A DNA stretch of 64,000 nucleotides, taken from positions 1-64,000 of the IMG/VR virus record IMGVR_UViG_3300050821_018577; one strand, given 5' to 3'. The translations under genes and the position numbers were made by a program. Every line of letters starts with the position of its first letter. The first letter of the stretch is position 1. Below the pieces are notes generated by a model. That model did not search any database, was not told the origin of the DNA, and saw only the letters and a list, made by a program, of their open reading frames with translations. Source of the stretch: a virus. Shown in pieces: positions 18,654-27,521 of this stretch.

Positions 18654-19461
18654 TTCGCGTATTTCTTGGACAATGAAAACATGGAATCCATTTATTGGCT
18701 GTCGCAAAGTCAGCGCAGAGTGCGAACATTGTTATGCTGAATCAATGATAAATCGCTTGCGCGACACGCCTGAACAAAAGGCTGACGGCTACAAAGGGCT
18801 GCATGCTTTCGATACTGTCGTCCGAACAAAAACCATGCACGACCCAATTACTTGGCAGAAAAAGGCCGAAGCAGCCGGACGCTACGACCTAGTTTTCACT
18901 TGCTCGCTGTCTGATTTTTTCATCCAACAAGCTGACCAGTGGCGCCCGGAGATTTGGCGCATCATCAAAGCCACGCCGAATCTGATTTATCAGATTTTGA
19001 CCAAGCGCCCGGAACTAATTGAAAAACGCCTACCTCCCGATTGGGGCGTAAATGGGTATCCCAACTGTTGGCTAGGCACCAGTGTTGGCATGAAGAAATT
19101 TCTCAAACGCATGGACGTCCTTCGCAAGACTCCAGCGCATGTTCGCTTTGTTTCCGCAGAGCCACTCCTAGAGGATCTCTGTCCGGAACTGCAAGCGCAC
19201 ATCGACGGCTTCCACCAAATCATCGTGGGTGGCGAGAGCGGAAATAATTCCGACCTGTACCGTCCAATGGACCATAATTGGGCTCGGCGCATCTTGAAGA
19301 TTTGCCGCACGCATCATATCGCCTACTGGTTCAAGCAGAGTTCCGCCCGCAAAACAGAATTGGGCACGCAGTTGGCCGAAATTGAAGGCGCGGCCCCGCA
19401 AACGATTCAGGAATATCCGGCTGCGTATTTTGCGTACAAGGCCGCGCCGAAACTGTTTTAG
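18643..19461 (+). CDS. DUF5131 (Gp37/Gp68-like) protein
   Basis: ISWT..TWNPFIGCRKVSAECEHCYA, CSLSDFF, QILTKRP, FVSAEPLL, IVGGESG, YWFKQ. Confidence 0.9.
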   Translation: MGDNSRISWTMKTWNPFIGCRKVSAECEHCYAESMINRLRDTPEQKADGYKGLHAFDTVVRTKTMHDPITWQKKAEAAGRYDLVFTCSLSDFFIQQADQWRPEIWRIIKATPNLIYQILTKRPELIEKRLPPDWGVNGYPNCWLGTSVGMKKFLKRMDVLRKTPAHVRFVSAEPLLEDLCPELQAHIDGFHQIIVGGESGNNSDLYRPMDHNWARRILKICRTHHIAYWFKQSSARKTELGTQLAEIEGAAPQTIQEYPAAYFAYKAAPKLF

Positions 19462-19471
19462 GAGCAATGAT

Positions 19472-19657
19472 ATGAAACGCCCTGATTGGGCAGAACGTCA
19501 GGCACGTAAGTTTTGCGGCGACCATCAAGTTCCTCGTGGCTGTACCGATTCGTGCTGTCCCACGTGCGGTGATATTGTTCGCGCCCTGCGCCGTGCCGAG
19601 AAGCGGGGATATAGACGCGGGCTGACAGAAGGCGTGATGCACAAGACTGGAACATGA
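19472..19657 (+). CDS. hypothetical protein
   Basis: AGGAG RBS, Cys-rich. Confidence 0.5.
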   Translation: MKRPDWAERQARKFCGDHQVPRGCTDSCCPTCGDIVRALRRAEKRGYRRGLTEGVMHKTGT

Positions 19658-19965
19658 ACATCTGCATTCACGCGGAAGCCGACCTGTGCAAACCGGAAGA
19701 ATTGTTCTTTTTCGCCGTGCCGTACCTTGGTCAAGTGCTGGTCTGCCGCGAATGCCGACGGGAGCTTGCCTTGCGCACCGTGGAACGCCCGCATGGCCTT
19801 GTACCTGCCGACCTGGGACGGATCGGCTATCGGTGTTCCCGCTGCGGCGGCGACTACACCAGCACCGACGCGATGACTTGCCGATGCCCTGGACGGAAAG
19901 AACAGTGCGAACAAGCGAATCAGTTGGTCAATGAATGGATGACCTATCGAGAATTGGTGAGCTAA
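19654..19965 (+). CDS. Cys-rich hypothetical protein
   Basis: ATGA overlap. Confidence 0.55.
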   Translation: MNICIHAEADLCKPEELFFFAVPYLGQVLVCRECRRELALRTVERPHGLVPADLGRIGYRCSRCGGDYTSTDAMTCRCPGRKEQCEQANQLVNEWMTYRELVS

Positions 19966-20189
19966 TGCGCAGACAAACTGGCTACATAAGGCGTCAAGAG
20001 AGAATCTTTTCTGAATGGGGAGACACTCCGATTGGAACAGCGGTAACGGTAGAGAAAGATGACGGCACGGAAGTACAAACCAAGACACGTTCCAAAGCCT
20101 GGATGCTCGCTGGTCATACAGCCGTTGTTATGGTCGAAGGGATCACCGGCTGCTATGCGCTCGAACGAATCAAAAAGGAACAAAAATGA
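19965..20189 (+). CDS. hypothetical protein
   Basis: TKTRSKAWML.GHTAVVMVEGITGCYAL pattern. Confidence 0.65.
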   Translation: MRRQTGYIRRQERIFSEWGDTPIGTAVTVEKDDGTEVQTKTRSKAWMLAGHTAVVMVEGITGCYALERIKKEQK

Positions 20190-20545
20190 CACCCGGCGAA
20201 GTGCAAATGCAAGTCATCGTTGAATTGTCGCAAGGAGAAATGTGCAAGGTCCATGACTCCGTGGATCCGGACGCAACCGGCGGGGCAATCATCGCATTGC
20301 TCCAGATTCATGACCTGGGCCTGCGCGGTCCAAATATCCACATACTCTTCAAGGACGTCTGCCATTGCGAAGCTGCACGGTTTGTGATGCTTTTTCGCGC
20401 ATGGCAGCTTGGATTCCTTCCGAAAGCTGACCTGCTAGCGGCGTCTATCCGCCGCGGCTTAGTGCTGGACACCGATACCCTTTGGGAAAAAGTGTGCGCG
20501 GAACTGCCTCGCTTCCAGGCGCGTCCTGTCGTCAAGGAAAAGTAG
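20186..20545 (+). CDS. hypothetical protein
   Basis: LGLRGPNIHILFKDVC pattern; coupled. Confidence 0.65.
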   Translation: MTPGEVQMQVIVELSQGEMCKVHDSVDPDATGGAIIALLQIHDLGLRGPNIHILFKDVCHCEAARFVMLFRAWQLGFLPKADLLAASIRRGLVLDTDTLWEKVCAELPRFQARPVVKEK

Positions 20546-21498
20546 TGGACGACCACCAGAGGAAGTTCTTGAAAATCCTCAATGCCATTTCGTACAAGCA
20601 CTCCAGCCTGTTGAACGATTGGGCGGAAATGGCCGCTGTCTCTCTATCAAACGCCGTCATGCCGGATAACGCAGAGCGCCGCGACCGCGAGAACCGCTAT
20701 CTGGAACTGGCCAAACGCTACACTGGCGAAGAACTCAAAGGGATAGCCGAAATGCTCGCCTGTGTCGTAAATTCGCTCGATTCAAGCCACGGCGTTGCTG
20801 GTGCATTGGCGAAAAAAGACGCACCGGAATTGTCTCTGCACGATTGCCTAGGCGAACTGTACATGAATGAAGAGATGGCTTCGAAATGGGACACCGACGT
20901 AGCATTCACACCGTTTCACTTGGCCTATATGATGGCCCAAATGACATTCGCTGATTTCAAGTTGCCAGAAAAAGGCTGGTTTTCTGTTGGCGAGCCGGCC
21001 TGCGGAACCGGCGTCATGATAATCGCAGCGGCGCAAGCACTCAGGGATCTCGGCCTGAACTATCAGCGGGTGATGCACGCGACCCTGGTCGACATTCGAG
21101 CGCCATTGGCGCATATGTGCTATATCCAGATGTCGCTACTGCACATTCCAGCCGTGGTCATTCACGGTGATTCTCTAGCTCTGAAAGAGTGGTCGCATTG
21201 GCGCACGCCAGCCCACGTCCTAGGCTTTTGGGAAAGGCGAGCCGGTCAATCGATGCCACGACCTGTTATGCAGGACGATGCAGTTTCAGTTTCATGCACC
21301 AAGATGCAGGATGCCAAACCGCAGTTCACTTTCAATTTCGAGAAAGGAGACACGCATGAGGCGACCACCAGGTCCACGAGTCGGGCGGCCGTCCGACCTG
21401 CCGCCAGCGTTCGTACTCGGCCTTCGCCACAAACACGGCACAAAAATGCGGTATCTCGCAGGCTGCCGTTGCCGGCGTTGCCGCCGCGGAAACGCTGA
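20545..21498 (+). CDS. SAM-dependent DNA methyltransferase-like protein (type I M-subunit-like N-terminal part)
   Basis: AFTPFHLA, EPACGTGVM motif I, VIHGDSL; no NPPY/F seen. Confidence 0.7.
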   Translation: MDDHQRKFLKILNAISYKHSSLLNDWAEMAAVSLSNAVMPDNAERRDRENRYLELAKRYTGEELKGIAEMLACVVNSLDSSHGVAGALAKKDAPELSLHDCLGELYMNEEMASKWDTDVAFTPFHLAYMMAQMTFADFKLPEKGWFSVGEPACGTGVMIIAAAQALRDLGLNYQRVMHATLVDIRAPLAHMCYIQMSLLHIPAVVIHGDSLALKEWSHWRTPAHVLGFWERRAGQSMPRPVMQDDAVSVSCTKMQDAKPQFTFNFEKGDTHEATTRSTSRAAVRPAASVRTRPSPQTRHKNAVSRRLPLPALPPRKR

Positions 21499-22180
21499 AT
21501 ACGAAGCCCGTCTCAATCTCAATCGCAAGCTCTACGGTCCTAATGACCTAGTTTCCTCCGACCGCGTGCGTGACCATGTGAACTATCTACGAACCTTCGG
21601 CATGGGCCCAAAGACGATTGCCAAACATGCTCGCGTGGCTAAGACCAGCCTGCGAGAGATTCTTTATGATGGCAGGCAGCACGTCCGGCGCCGCAATGAA
21701 ACAAGGATCCTGGCGGTCCAGCCGTCGCTCGACACACTCCCGCGCAACGTCAACATCCCTGCCGGCGAGACGGTCACCAAAATCGAGCAAATGATTCGGT
21801 GGGGCTATCCCAAATCGCTCATCAACCGCGACGCTTTGGGTCATAATTGGCCAGGACTGCAAATCCACAAATACAAGAGTCCGAACACTACCGTCAGAAC
21901 CGCTGTGAACATCCGTAATTTTTACGCACTGGTCATCACCATGCGCCGCGTATGGCAGGAGAGACGAGGCTCAATTCCTCAGCGCCATTACGTGTACTGG
22001 AATATCCGCCGAGGCCGCAAGCCAACCGTACCGACTATCCGCAGATTGGAGCTTCGGCCGTTCGCAGTAACGTATGATTACAACTACATTTGGCCGAAAG
22101 AATTAAGAGAAGTCTCTAACCTGACCTGGAAACTCAGAAGATTGCATCGACAGAAATCTAAGGAGGCACATGGCAAATAA
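21356..22180 (+). CDS. Zn-finger/HTH DNA-binding protein
   Basis: HGT..RY..GCRCRRCRRGN; HTH-like MGPKTIAKHARVAKTSLREI; AGGAGA RBS. Confidence 0.7.
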   Translation: MRRPPGPRVGRPSDLPPAFVLGLRHKHGTKMRYLAGCRCRRCRRGNAEYEARLNLNRKLYGPNDLVSSDRVRDHVNYLRTFGMGPKTIAKHARVAKTSLREILYDGRQHVRRRNETRILAVQPSLDTLPRNVNIPAGETVTKIEQMIRWGYPKSLINRDALGHNWPGLQIHKYKSPNTTVRTAVNIRNFYALVITMRRVWQERRGSIPQRHYVYWNIRRGRKPTVPTIRRLELRPFAVTYDYNYIWPKELREVSNLTWKLRRLHRQKSKEAHGK

Positions 22181-22469
22181 AAATAGGCTGGGCGATTTGC
22201 GTGACCATCTGTTCGACCAGCTAGAGAGACTGAAAACCGCAGCGGACCCGGACCTGGAAATCCGTCGCTCGCAGGCAATGGCCAAGGTTGCCACACAGGT
22301 GATCAACTCGGTCAAAGTGCAGTTGCAATTCGTCAATACAATTGGGTCACCTGTACTCACGGAGCAAACAAGCGACTTTTTCCGCGATGAACTGCCGCCG
22401 CAAAAGGGACTGAATACCGGAAAACAGCTTGGCCCTCAGACCAATGGTCATGCGAACGCAAAAACCTAA
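22170..22469 (+). CDS. hypothetical protein
   Basis: NRLGDLRDHLFDQLERL...RSQAMAKVA pattern. Confidence 0.7.
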   Translation: MANKNRLGDLRDHLFDQLERLKTAADPDLEIRRSQAMAKVATQVINSVKVQLQFVNTIGSPVLTEQTSDFFRDELPPQKGLNTGKQLGPQTNGHANAKT

Positions 22470-22608
22470 GCGTTGCCTGGAATGCGGCGAAGTCCCGATT
22501 CCCAAACGCCGTATTCGCTGCAGGATTTGCGGTCGGTGCGTTTGCCGACTGTGCATCGCCATCACCGACCCGGATTCTGGTGGCCCGATTTGCAGAAAGT
22601 GTGATTGA
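22450..22608 (+). CDS. small Cys-rich protein
   Basis: four CxxC pairs, translated by eye. Confidence 0.5.
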   Translation: MRTQKPKRCLECGEVPIPKRRIRCRICGRCVCRLCIAITDPDSGGPICRKCD

Positions 22609-22610
22609 GT

Positions 22611-23798
22611 ATGGACCCGACGATAGGAAATCTAAAGCCAGGCGAACGAAACGTACTCCTCAAGCTTCGCGACGAGAAGAAGAAGGAACTATCTAAAGCC
22701 GACGAAGAGTTAAATGTGGCGCACGATAAGATTGTGGACATTTTGCGCGAAAGTCCAAGTGTTGCCGAAGAAATTCTGCTCAAACGCATAAATTCACGAA
22801 CACCTGGGACCGTAGACCTGCCCGACGAGATGGATGTCGAGAAATCCTTGATTGACCGGGGGATCTACAAACTCGGCACAGGGCCGCACCACATTACGCA
22901 AGTGAATAGTCCGTCGAGGCCATCACCGCTCGATTCCGTGCTTATTAAAATCCAGAACGTTCACGACTATTTCGTCGCGCACGCGAAGGAACACGGCTGG
23001 GAAGACCTAAACTCGTTTTTCGCCGTCCGCCCACCGTTCCCGAAGATGGTATTTTCGTACGATTCTAACTTCTTCAACCGTAGGCTCGGCAAGAAAATCG
23101 TCCGCCACGTCGATGTGATTATGACAGAGCGCGGCATGGACTATTTCGCGCACTACTTCAAGCACGAGGCGCACATTGCTGCCGACCAATGCGATGAACT
23201 GCAGGCGCTGGTGGTGCGGCTTCGACCGTTCCGGTTCCTGGAATTTCAGCTTGCGATGGATGGGAGCCGCGTTCCGGGCCGTTGGTTCGTGATGACAGAT
23301 GAGAAAGGGAAGGTGCTCACGGAAGCCAACATTGGCTGGGTGTTCGTGAAAGACCCGAAGGAAGACGCGCTTTTGAATAAGGCGACGCAGCTCGAAGGCA
23401 TCGACATGCAAGAGATGGTGCAGGATGCATTCGGCAGCCACGGTTCCTGCGCGCTTGCGGCGCTCCAATTCATGAACTGCAAAAACGTGGAGGTCGTGGA
23501 CAATCTTCCGACGCGCCAGCAGCGACGCTCCGCCGAGCGCGAGAACAAACGGCCGCCCGTGACCTACAAGACACTGATTATTCACCCGACGTGGAAGAAA
23601 AAACGCAATGTTTCGAGTTCTTCGACGGGGGTCGAGATGTCGTTGCACATTTGCCGAGGTCACTTCAAAGATTACCGCGAAGGTGATGGCCTGGGTAGAG
23701 CTCACGTCAAGGGCATGTGGTGGTGGTCGCCGCAAGTTCGTGGGTCTGCCGAACGAGGCCGGGTCGTTAAAGACTATGAAGTAGAAACCGAGCCATGA
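22611..23798 (+). CDS. hypothetical protein with C-terminal HxxRGH motif
   Basis: HICRGHFKDY...WWWSPQVRG. Confidence 0.75.
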   Translation: MDPTIGNLKPGERNVLLKLRDEKKKELSKADEELNVAHDKIVDILRESPSVAEEILLKRINSRTPGTVDLPDEMDVEKSLIDRGIYKLGTGPHHITQVNSPSRPSPLDSVLIKIQNVHDYFVAHAKEHGWEDLNSFFAVRPPFPKMVFSYDSNFFNRRLGKKIVRHVDVIMTERGMDYFAHYFKHEAHIAADQCDELQALVVRLRPFRFLEFQLAMDGSRVPGRWFVMTDEKGKVLTEANIGWVFVKDPKEDALLNKATQLEGIDMQEMVQDAFGSHGSCALAALQFMNCKNVEVVDNLPTRQQRRSAERENKRPPVTYKTLIIHPTWKKKRNVSSSSTGVEMSLHICRGHFKDYREGDGLGRAHVKGMWWWSPQVRGSAERGRVVKDYEVETEP

Positions 23799-24079
23799 GA
23801 GGGCATCCGAAGGAACCGCATCGCCTGCTGTGCATGGTCTACCGCGAGAATCGTTTTATCGGTTGGGTCATCGCCAGTGCCGATATTTTGCAGCTTCCAT
23901 TTCGCAAGTGTCCGGGCTATAGCGTTCGCGTCAGACTCACAACGGGAGATACAGCGCATGACCTGAACAATTTGTTCCGTCGCGCTCGTTGTTTACGGGA
24001 TTACGGCAATGAAAATTTTAGCCGTGCAGCCAAGCAGGCAAAGCAAAAGGAGAAACACAATGGGCTCAGGAAGGTATAA
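23795..24079 (+). CDS. hypothetical protein
   Basis: ATGA overlap. Confidence 0.5.
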   Translation: MRGHPKEPHRLLCMVYRENRFIGWVIASADILQLPFRKCPGYSVRVRLTTGDTAHDLNNLFRRARCLRDYGNENFSRAAKQAKQKEKHNGLRKV

Positions 24080-24995
24080 CGACGATACGTATCACAGGGC
24101 AGCAACTAGTAGAAGAATGACAGGAACGGATGATTTTGAATATTCTCGGACCGCCACAGCACTTCATCCGGACCTGAACCCGAAGCGGATCCGCAACAAG
24201 CCATTCGGTAAACTCGAAAGCCGGGACAGTTTGGAGCATCCCGAATCCAATGCGGTAGTTCTCTGCATCGACGTTACTGGCTCAAACATCGCGCGTGCAC
24301 GTGAGGCTCAAAAGAAATTACCGAATCTCATGGCCTTAGTTACGCGCTACCTGCCGCATCCCCAAGTGGCGGTCGCGGCCAATGATGATTACTACGTGCA
24401 AGCCGATAGGTCTTTGCAATTCTCAGACTTCGAATCGGATAACCGGATCGATGAGCACATCCGAAAATTACTGCTGACGAGCGACGGCGGCGGCAACCAG
24501 GGCGAATCCTACGACTTGGTCATGTATGCGGCCGCTCACAAGACCGTCTTGGACTGCTTTGAGAAGCGCGGACGCAAAGGCTACTTTTTCATGTATGCCG
24601 ATGAACCCATCTTCTCGACTTCTGCCAAGGAACAGGTCAATGACTTGTTTGGGGATGGCCTTACGCGTTCCATCCCGGTCGAGGAAACAATCCGGTCTCT
24701 CAAGGAGCTCTACCATGTGTTTGTTATGTGGCCAAACAAGAGCGCCTATCCGAACGCACGCGAACAGTACGTTCAACTCTTTGGGGACGATTGCGTTGTA
24801 ACTCTTCAAGACCCCAAGGTCATCTGCGAAGTCGCAGGCGGGCTCATCGGCATGACCGAAGGCCAACTCCATAACGAAACGGACGTCGTTAACGACCTGG
24901 TGGCTGCGGGCACTGACGCTGCGGACGCTGCCGCTATTAGCCGAGTCCTCTGGGGCGGTCGTAGGATCCACCTGGGTGGCACAGCAACGGCCTAA
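24060..24995 (+). CDS. vWA (MIDAS) domain protein
   Basis: LCIDVTGSN, GGGNQGESYDL, FFMYADEP; AGGAGA RBS. Confidence 0.85.
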   Translation: MGSGRYNDDTYHRAATSRRMTGTDDFEYSRTATALHPDLNPKRIRNKPFGKLESRDSLEHPESNAVVLCIDVTGSNIARAREAQKKLPNLMALVTRYLPHPQVAVAANDDYYVQADRSLQFSDFESDNRIDEHIRKLLLTSDGGGNQGESYDLVMYAAAHKTVLDCFEKRGRKGYFFMYADEPIFSTSAKEQVNDLFGDGLTRSIPVEETIRSLKELYHVFVMWPNKSAYPNAREQYVQLFGDDCVVTLQDPKVICEVAGGLIGMTEGQLHNETDVVNDLVAAGTDAADAAAISRVLWGGRRIHLGGTATA

Positions 24996-25056
24996 ACATG
25001 CGCCAGCCAACCAAGCCAAGGGAGAGCCGCTGTGCTCTCCCTTATAGCTTTCAGCT

Positions 25057-25242
25057 TTGGTCATGAAAGCGTGCGACGAATGCTTGGAGCGGGTTCTCCG
25101 TAGGAGGCCCTGTCCTGGTTGCCGAGCGATGCTTTGTTCTCACTGCTATCACGAACACCACATGGCCAGAGAATCTGGCGAGGGATGCTGGCTGCACACA
25201 ATGAACTTGCGGGATATGAGAAACAATCAGGAGCATAGATGA
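25057..25242 (+). CDS. Cys-rich small protein
   Basis: three CxxC; stop near next start. Confidence 0.4.
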   Translation: MVMKACDECLERVLRRRPCPGCRAMLCSHCYHEHHMARESGEGCWLHTMNLRDMRNNQEHR

Positions 25243-25604
25243 ACTACGACCAATTCCTGGAACGCGTCATCAACGACGGGGTCGAGGCCGCCAAAGCCGA
25301 CTACACAAAGCCGAGACAACAACCGCACTTGCATGGTTCGGTCGCGGGCTTCGAGGCCTGCCGATACAAAACGCCTGTGCAGCTTGCGGTCTTATTGCAA
25401 GAGGCAGAAACGGCCACAAGAGAATCACGCCACGCGAAGGACGAACCCGATACCTACTGGTTTAAACGCTGCTACGAATTGGAAATCGAATGGGTCTGCA
25501 ACGTAGTTTCCGCGATGCTCCACAACCAAGGCCAGACAGTTATCGTGCCCGTAACCGCTCGGGGAATGATGAAGGCCGCTGAAATCGTCGGAGTAAGGAC
25601 TTGA
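25239..25604 (+). CDS. hypothetical protein
   Basis: GSVAGFEACR...IEWVCNVVSA. Confidence 0.7.
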   Translation: MNYDQFLERVINDGVEAAKADYTKPRQQPHLHGSVAGFEACRYKTPVQLAVLLQEAETATRESRHAKDEPDTYWFKRCYELEIEWVCNVVSAMLHNQGQTVIVPVTARGMMKAAEIVGVRT

Positions 25605-25741
25605 GCCGCAAGCTGCGTACCGACATTCTGCGGCGCAAGCCAAAACCGCCAGCACTGAGCTACAACTGTAAGAACGGGTATTGCCGACAATGCGCAAAAC
25701 TGAATTGCACCTGTCCGTGCCACAAGGAAGGAACGGCATGA
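25601..25741 (+). CDS. small Cys-rich protein (TTG start)
   Basis: TTGA and ATGA overlaps at both ends. Confidence 0.45.
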   Translation: MSRKLRTDILRRKPKPPALSYNCKNGYCRQCAKLNCTCPCHKEGTA

Positions 25742-25998
25742 AATCTGAATGGCGTAAAACCGAAGAGACACTGGTCGATGTCTACGAAATCAACGGAGCC
25801 CGCTGCCATATTTGGATCGAGCAACGACCAGTCTATTGAGACCGTGGCAATTGGTTGGCACAGATAGAAGAAACTGTGCACGACCACAAACTGTCCCTGG
25901 ATGGGGCAGACCTATGGCCGCGGTACTATTTCGACTTGGACCGCGCAAAGCTAGAAATCGAGGCTTGGCTCAAAAAAAGAGGAGAGTGGCTGCCATGA
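25738..25998 (+). CDS. 86-codon protein with in-frame TGA at codon 34 (recoded or pseudogene)
   Basis: MKSEW...EQRPVY*DRGNWLAQ...EAWLKKRGEWLP; frame coupled by ATGA overlaps at both ends. Confidence 0.65.
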
Positions 25999-26480
25999 TT
26001 TGGGAGCTCATCAATCCGAGTGATGCAATCGTCTTTGAAACAGACAGCGTGGAATTGGCTGCATTGGCTGTGGCCGTAGTTGGTCGTGGCCAATACGGAG
26101 CCGAGGCTGACTGCACCGGCAAAAACGTGGAAATCCCAATGTTTGCATTTCAGTCCAGCGAAGAAACTGACAAATGGTTCATCGACTATTTCGGCGCTTC
26201 CTTGGAGCAATCTCTAAGCAGACGCAAAAGTGAACTTCCGGCTGTCTTACGGTCATTTACGCTAGGCCATCCCAAGGACCTGGAATCCTACAATCTCTCG
26301 CTTTCCTTTATCCCTCTGGAAAAGCACCAGGAATTCAAGTCCAAGTGGAAAGAACAACGTCGGTCTTCCATGAACGACATCTGCGGTTATGCCTGGCAAT
26401 GCGCTGACGAACTCGAAGGAACTGGAACACATCCGGCAAACATTCCTCCGCCGCAGACCCTATTCAGGGGCGCATCGTGA
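25995..26480 (+). CDS. hypothetical protein
   Basis: WELINPSDAIVF...SSMNDI; GGAG RBS. Confidence 0.7.
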   Translation: MIWELINPSDAIVFETDSVELAALAVAVVGRGQYGAEADCTGKNVEIPMFAFQSSEETDKWFIDYFGASLEQSLSRRKSELPAVLRSFTLGHPKDLESYNLSLSFIPLEKHQEFKSKWKEQRRSSMNDICGYAWQCADELEGTGTHPANIPPPQTLFRGAS

Positions 26481-26803
26481 ATTGCCCGAACTGCACTTCG
26501 ACGAATATCGCCACCCATACCGTCACCGAATGGATTCCTTACGGTGAGGATCAACAGGCCTTTCAGGCCACCTTCCCGGTCTACACCTGCAACGATTGCG
26601 AGTTTGGCTGGCGCGATTATCTTGCCGAAGAAGCTATCGCTACGGCCATGCAGGAATATCTTGCATCGTCCGCCGACGGACTCGAGGAACGAGTCGCTTT
26701 AGTTACGGGGAGGATCCGGGAACTGCTGACGGAAACGATTAAGCCTACCGACGAGAGAGAACCATTTCGCGAGGCGCTGCTGCTTTTGGCGGCGGAATTA
26801 TGA
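26477..26803 (+). CDS. YgiT/MqsA-type zinc finger protein
   Basis: MNCPNC...PVYTCNDCEF. Confidence 0.6.
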   Translation: MNCPNCTSTNIATHTVTEWIPYGEDQQAFQATFPVYTCNDCEFGWRDYLAEEAIATAMQEYLASSADGLEERVALVTGRIRELLTETIKPTDEREPFREALLLLAAEL

Positions 26804-27087
26804 AAACACATTTAATGTGGTCTCCGACGAAAGGCTTTACTGAGCGGGTCGTCGTGTCCGCGAGATTAGTCAAGCGCGGTGTCTGTTCTTGCGGATTCCC
26901 GACCGTTGCAGACCATGTGCCGACCGGAAAAGTCTACGATGCCGTGCCAGATTCGCCAGAGAGCATGACATTTGTCTGCGGTGGCTGTAAGCAGGAAATC
27001 ACTGTGCCGTCGATTCTGGTTCGGGATAGCACAGATACTTGTGCTTTCAAACGATTGCCGGTGGGTCTTTTTGAATTGGAGTCCTGA
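26800..27087 (+). CDS. hypothetical protein
   Basis: CSCG, CGGC; ATGA overlap. Confidence 0.6.
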   Translation: MKTHLMWSPTKGFTERVVVSARLVKRGVCSCGFPTVADHVPTGKVYDAVPDSPESMTFVCGGCKQEITVPSILVRDSTDTCAFKRLPVGLFELES

Positions 27088-27156
27088 CAATGCCGGTCAT
27101 CGGGAAAGACCTTTGTTGTCGACGCAAAGACCGCAAAGAGTGGCGCTGTCCTTCTG

Positions 27157-27390
27157 ATGGGCAATGAGATATTACAGTGCAAATTCTGCAAGTCCGAAAA
27201 CCTCGAACGGACCACCGAAGAATTTGCTTTCCTGGTGACGAAAAAGAAAGACGGAACGGTCGTGGACAGGGCTTTCAAAGGGATTATGTTCGCAGTGCAA
27301 TGCCTCGATTGCAAGGAACAATTCGCCGTATTGGACACGCCTAGAGATGAAAAGCATTGGCAGTCGCTCAAACGATGGGAGGAGCAATGA
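27157..27390 (+). CDS. Zn-ribbon protein
   Basis: CKFC, CLDC. Confidence 0.5.
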   Translation: MGNEILQCKFCKSENLERTTEEFAFLVTKKKDGTVVDRAFKGIMFAVQCLDCKEQFAVLDTPRDEKHWQSLKRWEEQ

Positions 27391-27521
27391 CGGAACGCAG
27401 AATCGCCAGAGCTTGGCGTTGGGTAAAGCATCGTCTCGGCATCGACAACTGGACCGAGCGCCGAGAGAAAGAGCGTCGAGCGAAATTGGAAAGGATAAGC
27501 CATGACAAGCGGTGTGATTAG

